NCBI GenBank assembly: GCA_016840405.1 | Contig: JAEOSK010000004.1 | Coordinates: 32,001-96,000, forward strand | Reading direction: 5' to 3' | DNA from: Candidatus Hermodarchaeum yapensis | Lineage (GTDB): Archaea; Asgardarchaeota; Hermodarchaeia; Hermodarchaeales; Hermodarchaeaceae | DNA: 64,000 bases | Shown here: positions 1-10,559 of the stretch, piece after piece | How the letters are laid out: each line of letters starts with the position of its first letter | Position numbering within the stretch: position 1 is the stretch's first letter | Translations under genes and position numbers: made by a program | The notes under the pieces: model-generated | What the model saw: the letters and a program-made list of their open reading frames with translations, nothing else | What the model was told of the DNA's origin: nothing | Databases searched by the model: none

Positions 1-2
1 TT

Positions 3-653
3 CTTGTACCCAGGGCACCTGGACTTCATTCGACCTTAGGGTTATTAGCTACAAATCTCCGTTGTGATCAAAGCCAAACCGTGTTGGAATCAGCTACCTC
101 ACCCGATTTCAGACGTATCCAAAAAGTATACCAGCAATTGGAAACACAACTACGAGATTTACTTCGAAAACAAGGTGTTCCGCAGAAATCGATTTCGATT
201 CAACGTTTCACCGATCTCCGGTATGAAGGACAAGCTTACGAAATCACACTTCAAGTTCCAAGGGGTCGAATCTCAAAGGCTTGGATGCAGGAAGTGGTAA
301 AAGCTTTTCATACCCGCCATGAGCAGCAATATGGCTTTGCAGCAACAGAAGCTCCCGTTACTATTGTGAATCTTCAAGTTATCGCCTTTGGTCCAATGCC
401 GACATTGAAACCTGCGGAAATAGAACCTCAGAAAGAACTCTCACCTACACCTCAGATGACTCGACCTGTGTTTTTTGAAGAAGTTGAAGGAGTTATTGAT
501 ACACCGATTTTTGAACGGACTACGTTGGGACAAGGGGCTGTGATTGTGGGTCCAGCGATTATTGAGCAATTAGATTCAACCACGGTTGTTCATCCTAAGA
601 CCCGAGCAGTCGTAAGCCGAGGAGGTAACTTGGTGTTGGAGGCGATATCATGA
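3..653 (+). CDS. Hydantoinase/5-oxoprolinase subunit A, C-terminal part (5'-truncated by window)
   Basis: Frame is open from the window start (LVPRAPGLHSTLGLL...). Contains DLRYEGQAYEI, FHTRHEQQYGF and GPAIIEQLDSTTVV motifs. Overlaps the subunit B start (ATGA). Confidence 0.92.
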   Translation, partial: LVPRAPGLHSTLGLLATNLRCDQSQTVLESATSPDFRRIQKVYQQLETQLRDLLRKQGVPQKSISIQRFTDLRYEGQAYEITLQVPRGRISKAWMQEVVKAFHTRHEQQYGFAATEAPVTIVNLQVIAFGPMPTLKPAEIEPQKELSPTPQMTRPVFFEEVEGVIDTPIFERTTLGQGAVIVGPAIIEQLDSTTVVHPKTRAVVSRGGNLVLEAIS

Positions 654-2245
654 AAACCGACCCAGTATCCTTTGAGGTTTTCCGTAACGCTTTCATTTCT
701 GTAGCTGAGGAAATGGGGGCGGCCTTAGTTCGAACAGCGTATTCACCAAATATCAAGGAGCGCCGTGATTGTTCGGCAGCAGTGTTTGACGTGGAAGGTG
801 AAATGGTCAGTCAGGCGGAACATATTCCTGTCCATTTGGGAGCAATGCCTGAATCGGTGAAAGCCGCAATCGATGTCTACCCGATTACGCAGTGGGAAAA
901 GGGGGACGTCGTTATTCTTAATGACCCTTATGAAGGGGGGACCCATCTTCCAGATATTACACTCATTTCCCCTGTTTTGTATAAGGAAGAGGTTTCTGGA
1001 TTTGTCGCAAATCGAGCGCATCACGCGGATGTAGGAGGTTCTGTTCCAGGGTCTATGCCTGGTGGAGCCACAGAAATCTACCAAGAAGGCCTCCGAATCC
1101 CTCCTACTAAGTTGGTTGAAGGTGGTAAGGTGAACCAAGGGCTTTGGCGGATGATCTTGGCAAATGTTCGGACTCCCATCGAACGACAAGGAGACTTACG
1201 AGCCCAATTAGCGTCTAATGCAACAGGTGTTACACGTTTCGAATCTATCCTTCGAAAATATTCACGTCTAACAATTTTTACATTCCTCACTGATTTACAC
1301 GACTACTCCAATAACCGGATGTTACAACAACTCCAGCAGATGCCCAAGGGGAAATACACATTCACCGACTACATGGACAACGATGGCGTCACCTCAGAAC
1401 CAGTAAGCCTTACAGTACAAGTCACCATAAAACAAAACCAAATAATCTTTGACTTTACTGGAAGTAATCCTCAAACTCAAGGCAATATCAATGCGCCTTT
1501 CGCTGTCACCCTCTCCTGTTCATATTACGTGCTTCGATGCGTGACTGACCCTACCATTCCGGTGAATGCAGGTTGTTATGCACCCCTTAAGGTCATTGCG
1601 CCAGTAGGGACCGTTCTCAATCCACGTCCTCCTGCAGCAGTGTCAGCCGGTAATGTTGAAACTTCACAGCGAATCGTTGACGTGCTTCTTGGAGCATTAA
1701 AAGAGGCGCTACCAGATCGTATTCCTGCAGCCAGCCAGGGGACGATGAACAACCTCATCATCGGGGGAACCATTCCTGGAACAACACGGGCTTTCACTTT
1801 TTATGAAACAATCGCTGGAGGACTTGGCGCACGTCCGAAATCTGATGGCATTGATGGAATTCACAGCCATATGACGAATACTGCAAATACGCCTATTGAA
1901 GCGCTGGAGAGTGCTTATCCCCTTCGTGTTCGTTGTTACAAGCTCATTCCGAAGAGTGGAGGTAAGGGACAGTATCGGGGTGGTGAAGGTATCCACCGAG
2001 AGATTGAAGTCCTCTCCGACCAGGCGGTTGTATCTATTCAAAGTGATCGCCGTCACTTTGCCCCGTGGGGACTCCGTGGTGGTCAACCGGCGCTTCCAGG
2101 AAGAAACCGCCACTGGGAGGGAACTGAATGGAAAGAGCTCCCTGGCAAAATTACATTTACCGCACGGAAAGGAGATGTCATAAGCATCCAAACCCCAGGT
2201 GGTGGGGGTTATGGGGCTTCCAAAGAGAAAAAACGAGATCTATAG
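650..2245 (+). CDS. Hydantoinase B/oxoprolinase family protein
   Basis: Motifs [41 protein letters not shown] and TPGGGGYG. Confidence 0.95.
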   Translation: MKTDPVSFEVFRNAFISVAEEMGAALVRTAYSPNIKERRDCSAAVFDVEGEMVSQAEHIPVHLGAMPESVKAAIDVYPITQWEKGDVVILNDPYEGGTHLPDITLISPVLYKEEVSGFVANRAHHADVGGSVPGSMPGGATEIYQEGLRIPPTKLVEGGKVNQGLWRMILANVRTPIERQGDLRAQLASNATGVTRFESILRKYSRLTIFTFLTDLHDYSNNRMLQQLQQMPKGKYTFTDYMDNDGVTSEPVSLTVQVTIKQNQIIFDFTGSNPQTQGNINAPFAVTLSCSYYVLRCVTDPTIPVNAGCYAPLKVIAPVGTVLNPRPPAAVSAGNVETSQRIVDVLLGALKEALPDRIPAASQGTMNNLIIGGTIPGTTRAFTFYETIAGGLGARPKSDGIDGIHSHMTNTANTPIEALESAYPLRVRCYKLIPKSGGKGQYRGGEGIHREIEVLSDQAVVSIQSDRRHFAPWGLRGGQPALPGRNRHWEGTEWKELPGKITFTARKGDVISIQTPGGGGYGASKEKKRDL

Positions 2246-2893
2246 TATTCCAAAAAGGACAAGGGCATTAACGTAGAAAACTGCTCCAAATAAGATTAAG
2301 AGGACTCCAAAAATTGCGTTAAGAACGCGGTAGCCTTTGGTTCCGATTAGATGAGTTCCCTTATTGGTGAGCCAAGCAGTTCCTATCAGCCATACATAAT
2401 CGATCCATACGTGACTGAGAAACATGATAATAACTCCAGCTAATGCTGCTAAAAGGAGGGCATCGAGTACGATTTTTGCACCAGCAGTAAACCACCAAAC
2501 GATAAAGAAGGGGTTCAACGCAGAAAACACGAAGCCAATAAGAATTGGGTGCCGGGTTGGTTTGTCCTTTGCCAAGTCGATTTCTTCCACATCTTCAATA
2601 GATTTGGTTGCTTCACGAACTTGAAGGGCACCAAAGACAATGAGAACACTACCACCTGCGATTGCTAGTCCAACATGAAACCCTGGAAGATAGAAAAGGA
2701 AGCTTAATCCAAATGCGATAAGGAGAATGACTGGAAACTCAACAAAAGTATGACCAATCGAGAGCCAGAATCCTCCTCTCCAACCCCACCGAGAGGCATT
2801 GGATAGATTGGTAAACAGAAGAGGGCCTGGCGAGAGGGCACCACTCAATGAGATTAAGATGACACTTAGAAGAAAGAGAGGAAAAGGGTTCAC
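2240..2893 (-). CDS. LysE family translocator
   Basis: SGALSPGPL and GFVFSALNPFFIVWW motifs; about 6 TM segments. Confidence 0.9.
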   Translation of the reverse strand: MNPFPLFLLSVILISLSGALSPGPLLFTNLSNASRWGWRGGFWLSIGHTFVEFPVILLIAFGLSFLFYLPGFHVGLAIAGGSVLIVFGALQVREATKSIEDVEEIDLAKDKPTRHPILIGFVFSALNPFFIVWWFTAGAKIVLDALLLAALAGVIIMFLSHVWIDYVWLIGTAWLTNKGTHLIGTKGYRVLNAIFGVLLILFGAVFYVNALVLFGIL

Positions 2894-3132
2894 AAGTTCG
2901 CCTCAGAATACTTGATTGGATATATAGTAATGGGATAGTTGATTTTTATATTAACGAATCTATGATGCCAATTTCGTCTTTAGAATCAACAACGAATTAA
3001 CAGAATCTAAAAAATCTGGAACAAGAACAATAGGAGATAAACACATTAGGTATAATCGTGTAATGCCCTTGTCAAGAATGAAATAGAATTCGCTGGTTCA
3101 CAGGCGTACTTAATTAATGAGTTGGATTATTA

Positions 3133-3567
3133 ATGATTGATTTAACACCAGAAGAAATTCCAAAATTAGCTGTTATTGTTACCTTAGGTGTAGGATGTTT
3201 AGATTTTGCTCGCGGTGTAATACACACCTTTCTGCTTGAATATGCCGGGGTATTCATAATGGGATTAGATCTTTCTTTTGCTCGTGAAAACCAGTTATTC
3301 TTATTGGGTGTATTTGGAATTTCTAATTATATCACGGGAACGTTCTTGATTCTGATTGCATTAAAAGCGCGTGAGTTGATTCCGTATATTCTTGTAATAA
3401 TTCCTACGTGGTACATTGTAGGGAATGCTGTAATAAGTCGAACTGTTATTCCCCAAGCAGAATTGGGAGGACTTCCAATGATGCTTGGATATTTCATTAT
3501 TTGTATTCTTACTGCGGTATCGTCTTTTGTGGTTATTTATTACAGGAGACGACAAAAATCAACCTAG
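3133..3567 (+). CDS. Hypothetical membrane protein (about 4 TM)
   Basis: 144-aa hydrophobic ORF with AT-rich codon usage that fills the gap between two genes. Confidence 0.7.
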   Translation: MIDLTPEEIPKLAVIVTLGVGCLDFARGVIHTFLLEYAGVFIMGLDLSFARENQLFLLGVFGISNYITGTFLILIALKARELIPYILVIIPTWYIVGNAVISRTVIPQAELGGLPMMLGYFIICILTAVSSFVVIYYRRRQKST

Positions 3568-4772
3568 TACGTGAAGAAGCCCTCTTTGGCTTTCATACCG
3601 AGTTTGCCTTCTTTCACCATTTTCTTGAGGAGTGGATGGGGAACATAGAAGTCATTGTACTCCTTTGCAACAAATTCCAGTTTTTTGACTACTGCATCAA
3701 TACCTAATGAATCCGCAAGTTCAAGAGTGCCGACTGGTTGGTTGAAACCTAGTTTCATTGTTTTATCAATATCTGCTGGTGATGCTACACCGTCTGCAAC
3801 TAGTTCAGCAGCTCGATTAATGCCTACAACAACTACCATCTGCGGATCAAATTTGTCCGCTAATTCTTGTGACCATACTGTTGGGCGTTGCCAGCGATTT
3901 CCAGGATGTTCATAGAAGCCTTTACCAGTTTTGGCGCCTAATTCACCTTTTTCCATTTTCTCTTCGAGACATTTTGCCATCTTCATGCCTGGAATTCGCG
4001 TTGTCATGAATTTCAAGACATTATACACGACATCAATTCCAACGAAGTCTAACAGACCAAAGGTTCCCATTGGAAGGCCTAATTTCATGGTCGTGGCTGA
4101 GTCAATTTCTTCGGGTGTGAACTCTCCAGAATCGACAAGCTGTCCAACAAAGTTCAACGGAAACATCTGGATGCCATTAGCGATGAACCCAGGGACATCT
4201 TTGTTGCACATAACAGGTTCTTTACCCATTTTCTCCGTCAAGGCATAGATGACTTTGGCAGCAGCGTCCGACGTTTTTTCACCTTTGATTATCTCGACAA
4301 TATTCATCCTGACGACTGGTGAGAAAAAGTGCATTCCAACCACTTTCTCAGGATGCTTGGTGGCTGTAGCAATGTCCGTAATGGGCAGTGAACTGGTATT
4401 GGTAGCCAGGATTGCATTCTTAGGGGCCTTTGCTTCGATATCAGCAAACACTTCCTGTTTGAGGGATAAAATTTCTGGGATAGCCTCAACAATAATATCT
4501 GCATTCTTGACTGCTGCATCACGATCAGTTGTTGTTGAGATCCGTTTGAGAGTGGCATCGTGGTCTTCTTGAGAGATTCTCCCTTTTTCTAGGAATTTTC
4601 CAAGGCTCCATTTAATATCTCCCAAACCTTTCTGTACGAACTTGTCTTTGATATCAACCATGACTACATTATAACCCGCTTGAGCGAAGCTTTGGGTGAT
4701 ACCGTGACCCATCAAACCAGCGCCCAAAACGGTGACGTTTTTCACATCTTCAGCCTTCATGTCAATCACCAT
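3564..4772 (-). CDS. 3-hydroxyacyl-CoA dehydrogenase (NAD-binding domain plus two C-terminal domains)
   Basis: GAGLMGHGI, EAIPE, TNTSSL, GMHFFSP and PGFIAN motifs. The C-terminal domain is duplicated (GELGAKTGKGFY / GKLGMKAKEGFFTY). Confidence 0.95.
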   Translation of the reverse strand: MVIDMKAEDVKNVTVLGAGLMGHGITQSFAQAGYNVVMVDIKDKFVQKGLGDIKWSLGKFLEKGRISQEDHDATLKRISTTTDRDAAVKNADIIVEAIPEILSLKQEVFADIEAKAPKNAILATNTSSLPITDIATATKHPEKVVGMHFFSPVVRMNIVEIIKGEKTSDAAAKVIYALTEKMGKEPVMCNKDVPGFIANGIQMFPLNFVGQLVDSGEFTPEEIDSATTMKLGLPMGTFGLLDFVGIDVVYNVLKFMTTRIPGMKMAKCLEEKMEKGELGAKTGKGFYEHPGNRWQRPTVWSQELADKFDPQMVVVVGINRAAELVADGVASPADIDKTMKLGFNQPVGTLELADSLGIDAVVKKLEFVAKEYNDFYVPHPLLKKMVKEGKLGMKAKEGFFTY

Positions 4773-4857
4773 GAGTAATGGAATTCAAACATATGATATA
4801 GGGTCAGTGTGTTGAAGGGACTCTTAAAACTTGATGTTCGTTAATTGCACAATCACC

Positions 4858-7800
4858 TTACAGTAACCCAAGTAATCCAAGGATGAAATTCCGAGTGGGT
4901 TCGAAAAGTAAGAGGATTAGTAAGAGGATGATGATGAACAGAGCCCCATAGACGATTTTGACCTTATGCTTACCCCAGAACCCTGTATGCAACTTATGCA
5001 TGTGCTCAGTGCTCTGGCGGTACCGGGCAAACATCCACGGCAACTGATCTGCAAAATCACCAACTGTCTTCCCTTCTGGGAAATAAGGAGCTAGGGGCTG
5101 ATGTATTGGTGCACCGTCTTTCACTGTTAGTGGTTCGGGTGTGTTCCAGTTAAACAGGAAGTCAATAATGGGATTGACGCCGCTTACTTTCACGGCATTT
5201 TGATACCAGAGCTCACGCCAGTGATAATCTGACGTTACCCATTCGATGTTCCCAGTGCGGGCGTTGACCCAGATGTCAGCGCGTTCCCAGTCTTCGTGGG
5301 GGAGTGGAAGAGTGATTTCCAATGGCCAGTACCAGACATAGCGATAGACCCAGTATGCGTCGGCTTCAAGCCACGTGTTAATCCCATAGGAGAGGTTTTC
5401 GGGGTGATTGGTTGGATGGAAATCTTGAGGGATGAGAACCCATTGTTTTCCAGTCCAGAATTTGGGTTCAGGATAATGAATCCATTGATCTTTGCCTTTT
5501 ACCTCACCTTTGTAATAGGGGTTGAGTTCCCGTCTTGTGCTATAGAAGTAAAGACTAGCAGTATGGATGTCAGGTGGTTTTCCGAAGTATCTTGCAATAA
5601 AGTTGAACCGTCGGCTAAAGCTAACGTGGGGACGGGTCCAGAGTTCAATTTTCCGTGGGTTGATGAGATTTCGAATAATCGTAGGTTTGGCTACATCACC
5701 GGGTGGCGTTATTATAAGGTCGCAGCGGTCGCCTTCACGGGCCTTGATTCCAACTTCGTGGGGGAAAGCTCGTGTCTTAAATCCGCGGATGTATTTGGAT
5801 TGACCGTCACTGCGGTCGTTGGCTTTCATTTCATAGAGGTTGACATCTGTGCCGCCTTGCCAGTCTTCGCGGTACATGCCATGTTCGTAGCGTTGGCTCC
5901 AGTAATCGCGGAAGAGGTGGGCACGTGGTGGTTTGAAGATAACAGGTCCATCGTGTTTGTTGCGTGCCCAGCTGGCGCGTATGAGTTCGATGAAGCCAAG
6001 GCGTTGACCTAATGCAAAGCCGGTGATTTTCAATGGGGTGTCTTTATCAACATCGAGCGGCTTTAGGGCGTGACGGATTTCGGATTCGAAGGGATCGGGG
6101 TATTTGGCTAGTTGGGCTTCACGGAACAGATCAGCGGTAAGGCGTCGTACTCCGAAAACGGTTGAGCTTCCCACTTTGAAGGTGAAAAGGGCTTCTACCC
6201 ATTCTCCGCGCCCATCTTCAAATTCCACATAATAGTCGGTGATTAACAGTTTTGGTTCCCAGGTTTTAGGATCTAAGAAGATATCTAGGCGGTGGTTGGT
6301 CCAACCTTGTCGATAGTTAGCTCCGGGTGCTGGATTTTGTTCACCAGGTTCGAAGCAGAGCCATAATCTGTAGATGTAATATTCTCCATCGTATTTGGCA
6401 TCACCGATGAATACGGTGCCAAAGAAAACTTCTTGGAAGTTCACGCCATTGCGGAGTCGTGCTTGGGCGAGTTCTTCGGCAGTCATGATGCGTGGAGGTG
6501 CCCGAATTCTCAGAAACTCGGATTCCTGAGTGACGCGTTTGGGATCAGGCATTTCGAGGGTAATGGTGCTTTCAACTAAGTAGTTGTTGCCAGAGTGTAG
6601 TTCTCGTTTGCCTTTATAGCGGAGGTTGAACCGGTGTGGGACGTTTTTGAGATGTTTGGTTAATTCGACTGCAGCTGAGCCAAGGGTGACAGTTGGGGTG
6701 AGGGTTTGAGGATTCACATAGTCTTTGATGTCATATTCGGGAGCAAATCGGGGGACGTAGGTTGGGAGTTGAGCACCTTTTTCAAACAGGATGCTGAAGG
6801 TTTCTTCCCATTTGTCCTCTAGTGTGGTTATCCAATTGGTTTCGGCGGTTAGGATTTTTGGACGACTAGCAATTTTGAAGAAGATTGTTTGGATGGAAAT
6901 GGGTTCGGGGGATCCACGATGGTAGATACCAAAGCTTACTGGAAAGAATTGACCAGGGAGAATATTGCCTTCACGGGCTGATTTGGTGAAAACTGTGAAG
7001 AAGGCAGCTTGTGTGAGATCGTCGATTGGAATGAGTGGTGTTTCAGCGGTGGGAGGTTCTTCTGTTGCGCCTTTGAGGGTACCAATGGTTGTTCCATTGT
7101 AGTCGCCTGTCCACATGATACCGAGCCATGGTTGTTCATCTGTTGGTTGTTCAGATGGGAGTTCAGGTTCCAACTCGCGTGAGGGGGCAGCGGCCAGTTC
7201 TATGGGAACGGGTCGAGGAGGGCCAAAGGCATCTGCTGGTTTTCGGTAGAAATCCGTTTCATCGAAAAACCTAGCGTTATCGTCACAGCCAATATAGAAG
7301 TGCTTCATGGTGACTTGGGATGGGTCGCGAGACGCTTGCCAAGGTTGGGAAGTACTTGGGGATAGGTTGGGGAGAACACCAAGTGGACGAACTGTGAGAT
7401 CCGCGGCTTCTTTTTCAGAGACATTCAGGATGGCAAGTTTGATTGGTGTTTCCGCCTCGAAGTAGATGGTGGTTTCAGTTTCAAAGTTGGGATAAACCCC
7501 AATAGCAAAATCACCTTCAAGAAACTCTTTAAGTTCTTCACGAAGAAAGTTCAGAGTTTCGATGGCTTGTTCGGGACCACCAAGTTGTTTTCCGATGCGT
7601 ACTGCTTCTTGGGTATATTCAATGGTCCTGAGATAGACGTTGAGAGTCCAGTTCTCCAATCCAACTTGAGATTGGAGAAATTGCACGATACCGAGAATAT
7701 CCTTGACAGTTTCCACTCTAATCCGGCGTAAAGCATAGAGCCCAACAAGTTCATCAGTAACATTCAGCAATTCCTGTAAACGGGCTTGGGTTGGACGAGC

Positions 7801-9717
7801 ACCTCCACCATCCTCGTCACTTATCACTGCAACTAATTGTCGCATCCACACTTCAAGACAGAGAATTGCTTCGCGATGGCGATTCAATAATTCATAGGCA
7901 TTTTTAGCAAGGAAGAGTTGTCGTCCTCCTTCTTCGACGTTTCCTTCCTCGAGGTTAGCTAGACCAGCAAGCCAGCGGCAGTTTGCAGCTCGCCGACGAA
8001 GATCTTCGGGATCTCGATATGGTACCCAGGTTTCTTCTGAATCCATGGGTAAGCTTTCATCGACGCCCCGTTTCAAACGAAAGGCTTGAGAGTATTGGTC
8101 TGCGGCAGTGGTGAAGTCGATAGAAGGTGCTGCGCCCCAAAAAGGCATCGTCCTGAACTCAAGTTCTTCTTCGGGTGCACCCATTGCCTGCTCAGGAGAG
8201 ACAGAGGGAGTAAATTCGACTTCAAGAAAGCTTAGGTTTTGTCGTAGTTGTCCCTGATTTAGTTTGCAGATTGCTGCAACCCAGTATAAATCCAAGCTTT
8301 TGAATAAATCAACTACATCATCATATCCGACTTCTGCATCAATTAGGCTGCCAAATAGTTGATCCTCTTCGTCAAGCTCCAAGAGAGTGAGGGTTTTTTG
8401 TCGAAGTTCTTCTTTGGAGCCCACGTCCAAGACATCACTGACAATTGCCACACGGTATATATCTGAAATTAATTTTTGGCAAAGTACATTAAGGGCTCCG
8501 CTCGAGCCTTCTGAGAGCCATCGAAAGACCATAGCCATATCAATCAATCGTTGATCTTGGCGTTGCTGAGCTTGAACTAAATTATTGCCGGCTTGTTTTG
8601 CTAGTTCCTTAAAGGCATTGGAACCTTCTAATCCACGTTCTATAAGATTAAACGTCCCGAGCAAGCCCTTCATCGCTTTTTCTGGGTCATCTACAATCTT
8701 TACCTGATGATATCCCAAGCGTTCGATGAGCGTCAGAATGAAATCTGCGGCATATTGAGTCAGCTCTAAACTCTGTTCTCTCGCCTCAGCAACCGTATAA
8801 CCTGAGATGTCCCGTGTAATCCGTAAATTGGCAAAAGCACCTTCCATGTAACTTGAAACAAATCTGAGAATAGAGGGGGAAGGAAGGGCGAGCTCCTCTT
8901 TGCCAGCTTGTTCGAAGAACTCCGCAAGAGCTCGAAATCGATTAAATGCTGTTTCGTCCTCTGGTTCTGCAATGAGGGCGAGAGCCTCTGCCTCATTCCA
9001 GAGAAAAACCGCGGCCAAAGGTACATTGAGTTCGGGATTTTTCTGACGATTTGTTACTGCGGCCATTGCTGTTTTTCGAAAGAGGTCTGCAGCGTCTGTT
9101 AGCATGGCTTGATCTTGGTCAGAAACCTCGCCGCTGACCTCACTGAGGAGTTTTTGAATTGCACGTCCAATATTCAGCACCGTTGAGCCATCATCTAATT
9201 CTTCATAACACCGATACTCACGAATCATGGCAGGAAGAGCAGCAAGAGGAGCTGCATCCACCTTTCTTGTTTGCACCACAGTGCTGAAGCATTTCGCAGC
9301 TCGACGCCATTCCCGAGCTACTCCAAACATTGTGCCTGCAGCATCTAACGCTTGATTTGCTTGCTCTCTAATAATTATAATAGCCTTTTCAGCAGCTTCA
9401 GCCCGTTCTTCGTCGGATCGATATACATAATCATCATACTGAACTTCTTCCTCAAAGTACTGTTCTAATTCCCGCCAACGTTTAGCAACCGTATCAAAGT
9501 CTCGTGCAATCGAGCGAGCAACTTCAACTTCCAGAGTTTTTGCTGAAGCGGCAGACTGAATCCGTTGCAGTAATTCAGCGATCTGTTCGAGAATATCAAG
9601 AATACCTTGACCCTTCGCCTTGGTCAAATGTTTGGCGATTTCTTCGAGATCATCCTGAGCTGCATCAAAAAGGGCTTGATACGCCTTTACCAAAGGTTCA
9701 TGATCCACAGATGCCAT
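4858..9717 (-). CDS. Large 1619-aa protein: helical/TPR-like N-terminus, beta-rich middle, duplicated aromatic-rich C-terminal module, C-terminal TM anchor
   Basis: Uninterrupted 4.86-kb ORF with GGAG upstream of the ATG. Ends in a hydrophobic tail (IVYGALFIIILLLILLLF). Function unknown. Confidence 0.85.
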   Translation of the reverse strand: MASVDHEPLVKAYQALFDAAQDDLEEIAKHLTKAKGQGILDILEQIAELLQRIQSAASAKTLEVEVARSIARDFDTVAKRWRELEQYFEEEVQYDDYVYRSDEERAEAAEKAIIIIREQANQALDAAGTMFGVAREWRRAAKCFSTVVQTRKVDAAPLAALPAMIREYRCYEELDDGSTVLNIGRAIQKLLSEVSGEVSDQDQAMLTDAADLFRKTAMAAVTNRQKNPELNVPLAAVFLWNEAEALALIAEPEDETAFNRFRALAEFFEQAGKEELALPSPSILRFVSSYMEGAFANLRITRDISGYTVAEAREQSLELTQYAADFILTLIERLGYHQVKIVDDPEKAMKGLLGTFNLIERGLEGSNAFKELAKQAGNNLVQAQQRQDQRLIDMAMVFRWLSEGSSGALNVLCQKLISDIYRVAIVSDVLDVGSKEELRQKTLTLLELDEEDQLFGSLIDAEVGYDDVVDLFKSLDLYWVAAICKLNQGQLRQNLSFLEVEFTPSVSPEQAMGAPEEELEFRTMPFWGAAPSIDFTTAADQYSQAFRLKRGVDESLPMDSEETWVPYRDPEDLRRRAANCRWLAGLANLEEGNVEEGGRQLFLAKNAYELLNRHREAILCLEVWMRQLVAVISDEDGGGARPTQARLQELLNVTDELVGLYALRRIRVETVKDILGIVQFLQSQVGLENWTLNVYLRTIEYTQEAVRIGKQLGGPEQAIETLNFLREELKEFLEGDFAIGVYPNFETETTIYFEAETPIKLAILNVSEKEAADLTVRPLGVLPNLSPSTSQPWQASRDPSQVTMKHFYIGCDDNARFFDETDFYRKPADAFGPPRPVPIELAAAPSRELEPELPSEQPTDEQPWLGIMWTGDYNGTTIGTLKGATEEPPTAETPLIPIDDLTQAAFFTVFTKSAREGNILPGQFFPVSFGIYHRGSPEPISIQTIFFKIASRPKILTAETNWITTLEDKWEETFSILFEKGAQLPTYVPRFAPEYDIKDYVNPQTLTPTVTLGSAAVELTKHLKNVPHRFNLRYKGKRELHSGNNYLVESTITLEMPDPKRVTQESEFLRIRAPPRIMTAEELAQARLRNGVNFQEVFFGTVFIGDAKYDGEYYIYRLWLCFEPGEQNPAPGANYRQGWTNHRLDIFLDPKTWEPKLLITDYYVEFEDGRGEWVEALFTFKVGSSTVFGVRRLTADLFREAQLAKYPDPFESEIRHALKPLDVDKDTPLKITGFALGQRLGFIELIRASWARNKHDGPVIFKPPRAHLFRDYWSQRYEHGMYREDWQGGTDVNLYEMKANDRSDGQSKYIRGFKTRAFPHEVGIKAREGDRCDLIITPPGDVAKPTIIRNLINPRKIELWTRPHVSFSRRFNFIARYFGKPPDIHTASLYFYSTRRELNPYYKGEVKGKDQWIHYPEPKFWTGKQWVLIPQDFHPTNHPENLSYGINTWLEADAYWVYRYVWYWPLEITLPLPHEDWERADIWVNARTGNIEWVTSDYHWRELWYQNAVKVSGVNPIIDFLFNWNTPEPLTVKDGAPIHQPLAPYFPEGKTVGDFADQLPWMFARYRQSTEHMHKLHTGFWGKHKVKIVYGALFIIILLLILLLFEPTRNFILGLLGLL

Positions 9718-9899
9718 AATTAGTGTCTCCTTTAGGTCCGATTCATCAATATCCTAGGAGGAAAGATACCGACGAAATTCGCCTTTTCATGTACGTTTGC
9801 CCTCAAAAGCTCTTCCACTCGAAGAGAAAAAGATGAATAGAGGAATATTGGATGAGAAAAATAAAAAGGAAGAGGAGGTCGCCTAGGCTCCGGGTGAGA

Positions 9900-10538
9900 T
9901 TAACCTAAGCGGATAACGGTGCCTCCTCTTCCAGCGACAACGACCTTTTTACGACCGTCTTTTTCAATAAGCTTGTTTCCGCTGAGCACAACCTTCCAAT
10001 CAGCAATTTTCAAAACAATCCGATCGCCACTTGCAATAAGAGCACATTTTCCACGCTGTCTATCAAAAATCTGGGCTACCCAACCCCGTCTGCGTTGGAT
10101 GAAGGTTTCATCAAACCAATCCCGATTGTGCTCAAAGAACCGGTCAAAAATTCCTTGAGCACGTTCCTGTGCTTCATCGACTGATTCGAGTAAATATTCT
10201 TTCAAATGTTTACCCTTAACTGGTATTGTTTCTGGTGGCGACCAGTTGCCATCTTCACTTAGCATAAGCAAACTGCCGTTCCAAAGAAACTCCCGGCTTT
10301 GACCAATAGCACCACGCTTAGTCTCAACAATAGCATCGACAATGACTTGACCAAGACCAATAAAGACACCACCAACCTCCACGTTCCGATGAAAAATGGG
10401 AAAATAGAGTGACCCTTCATTCACACTCAGCAAAGCCTTCTCTGACTGAGCAATATCAGTTGGCTGCTTAACCCTCCCAGCGAGGGCACCTAGCACTAAA
10501 TCCCGGTTTCGATAATTCAATGAAAAACTTGGACTCAT
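9900..10538 (-). CDS. Hypothetical beta-rich protein, probably co-transcribed with the ArsR-type regulator
   Basis: 212-aa ORF with AGGTGA SD upstream, 21 nt downstream of 10560..11255. Confidence 0.75.
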   Translation of the reverse strand: MSPSFSLNYRNRDLVLGALAGRVKQPTDIAQSEKALLSVNEGSLYFPIFHRNVEVGGVFIGLGQVIVDAIVETKRGAIGQSREFLWNGSLLMLSEDGNWSPPETIPVKGKHLKEYLLESVDEAQERAQGIFDRFFEHNRDWFDETFIQRRRGWVAQIFDRQRGKCALIASGDRIVLKIADWKVVLSGNKLIEKDGRKKVVVAGRGGTVIRLG

Positions 10539-10559
10539 CCAGCATCACCTGCTACTTAA

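Noticed and set aside
5296-6012. 238-aa + strand ORF and the many other antisense or nested ORFs in the track (e.g. 62376-62660)
   Set aside because: They are shadow frames of well-supported genes or overlap the structured RNA, and have no recognisable motifs.
9784-9826. ttttcatg...tcgaagag as another copy of the cassette repeat
   Set aside because: The middle does not align, and it forms a different local hairpin (ctcttc/gaagag).
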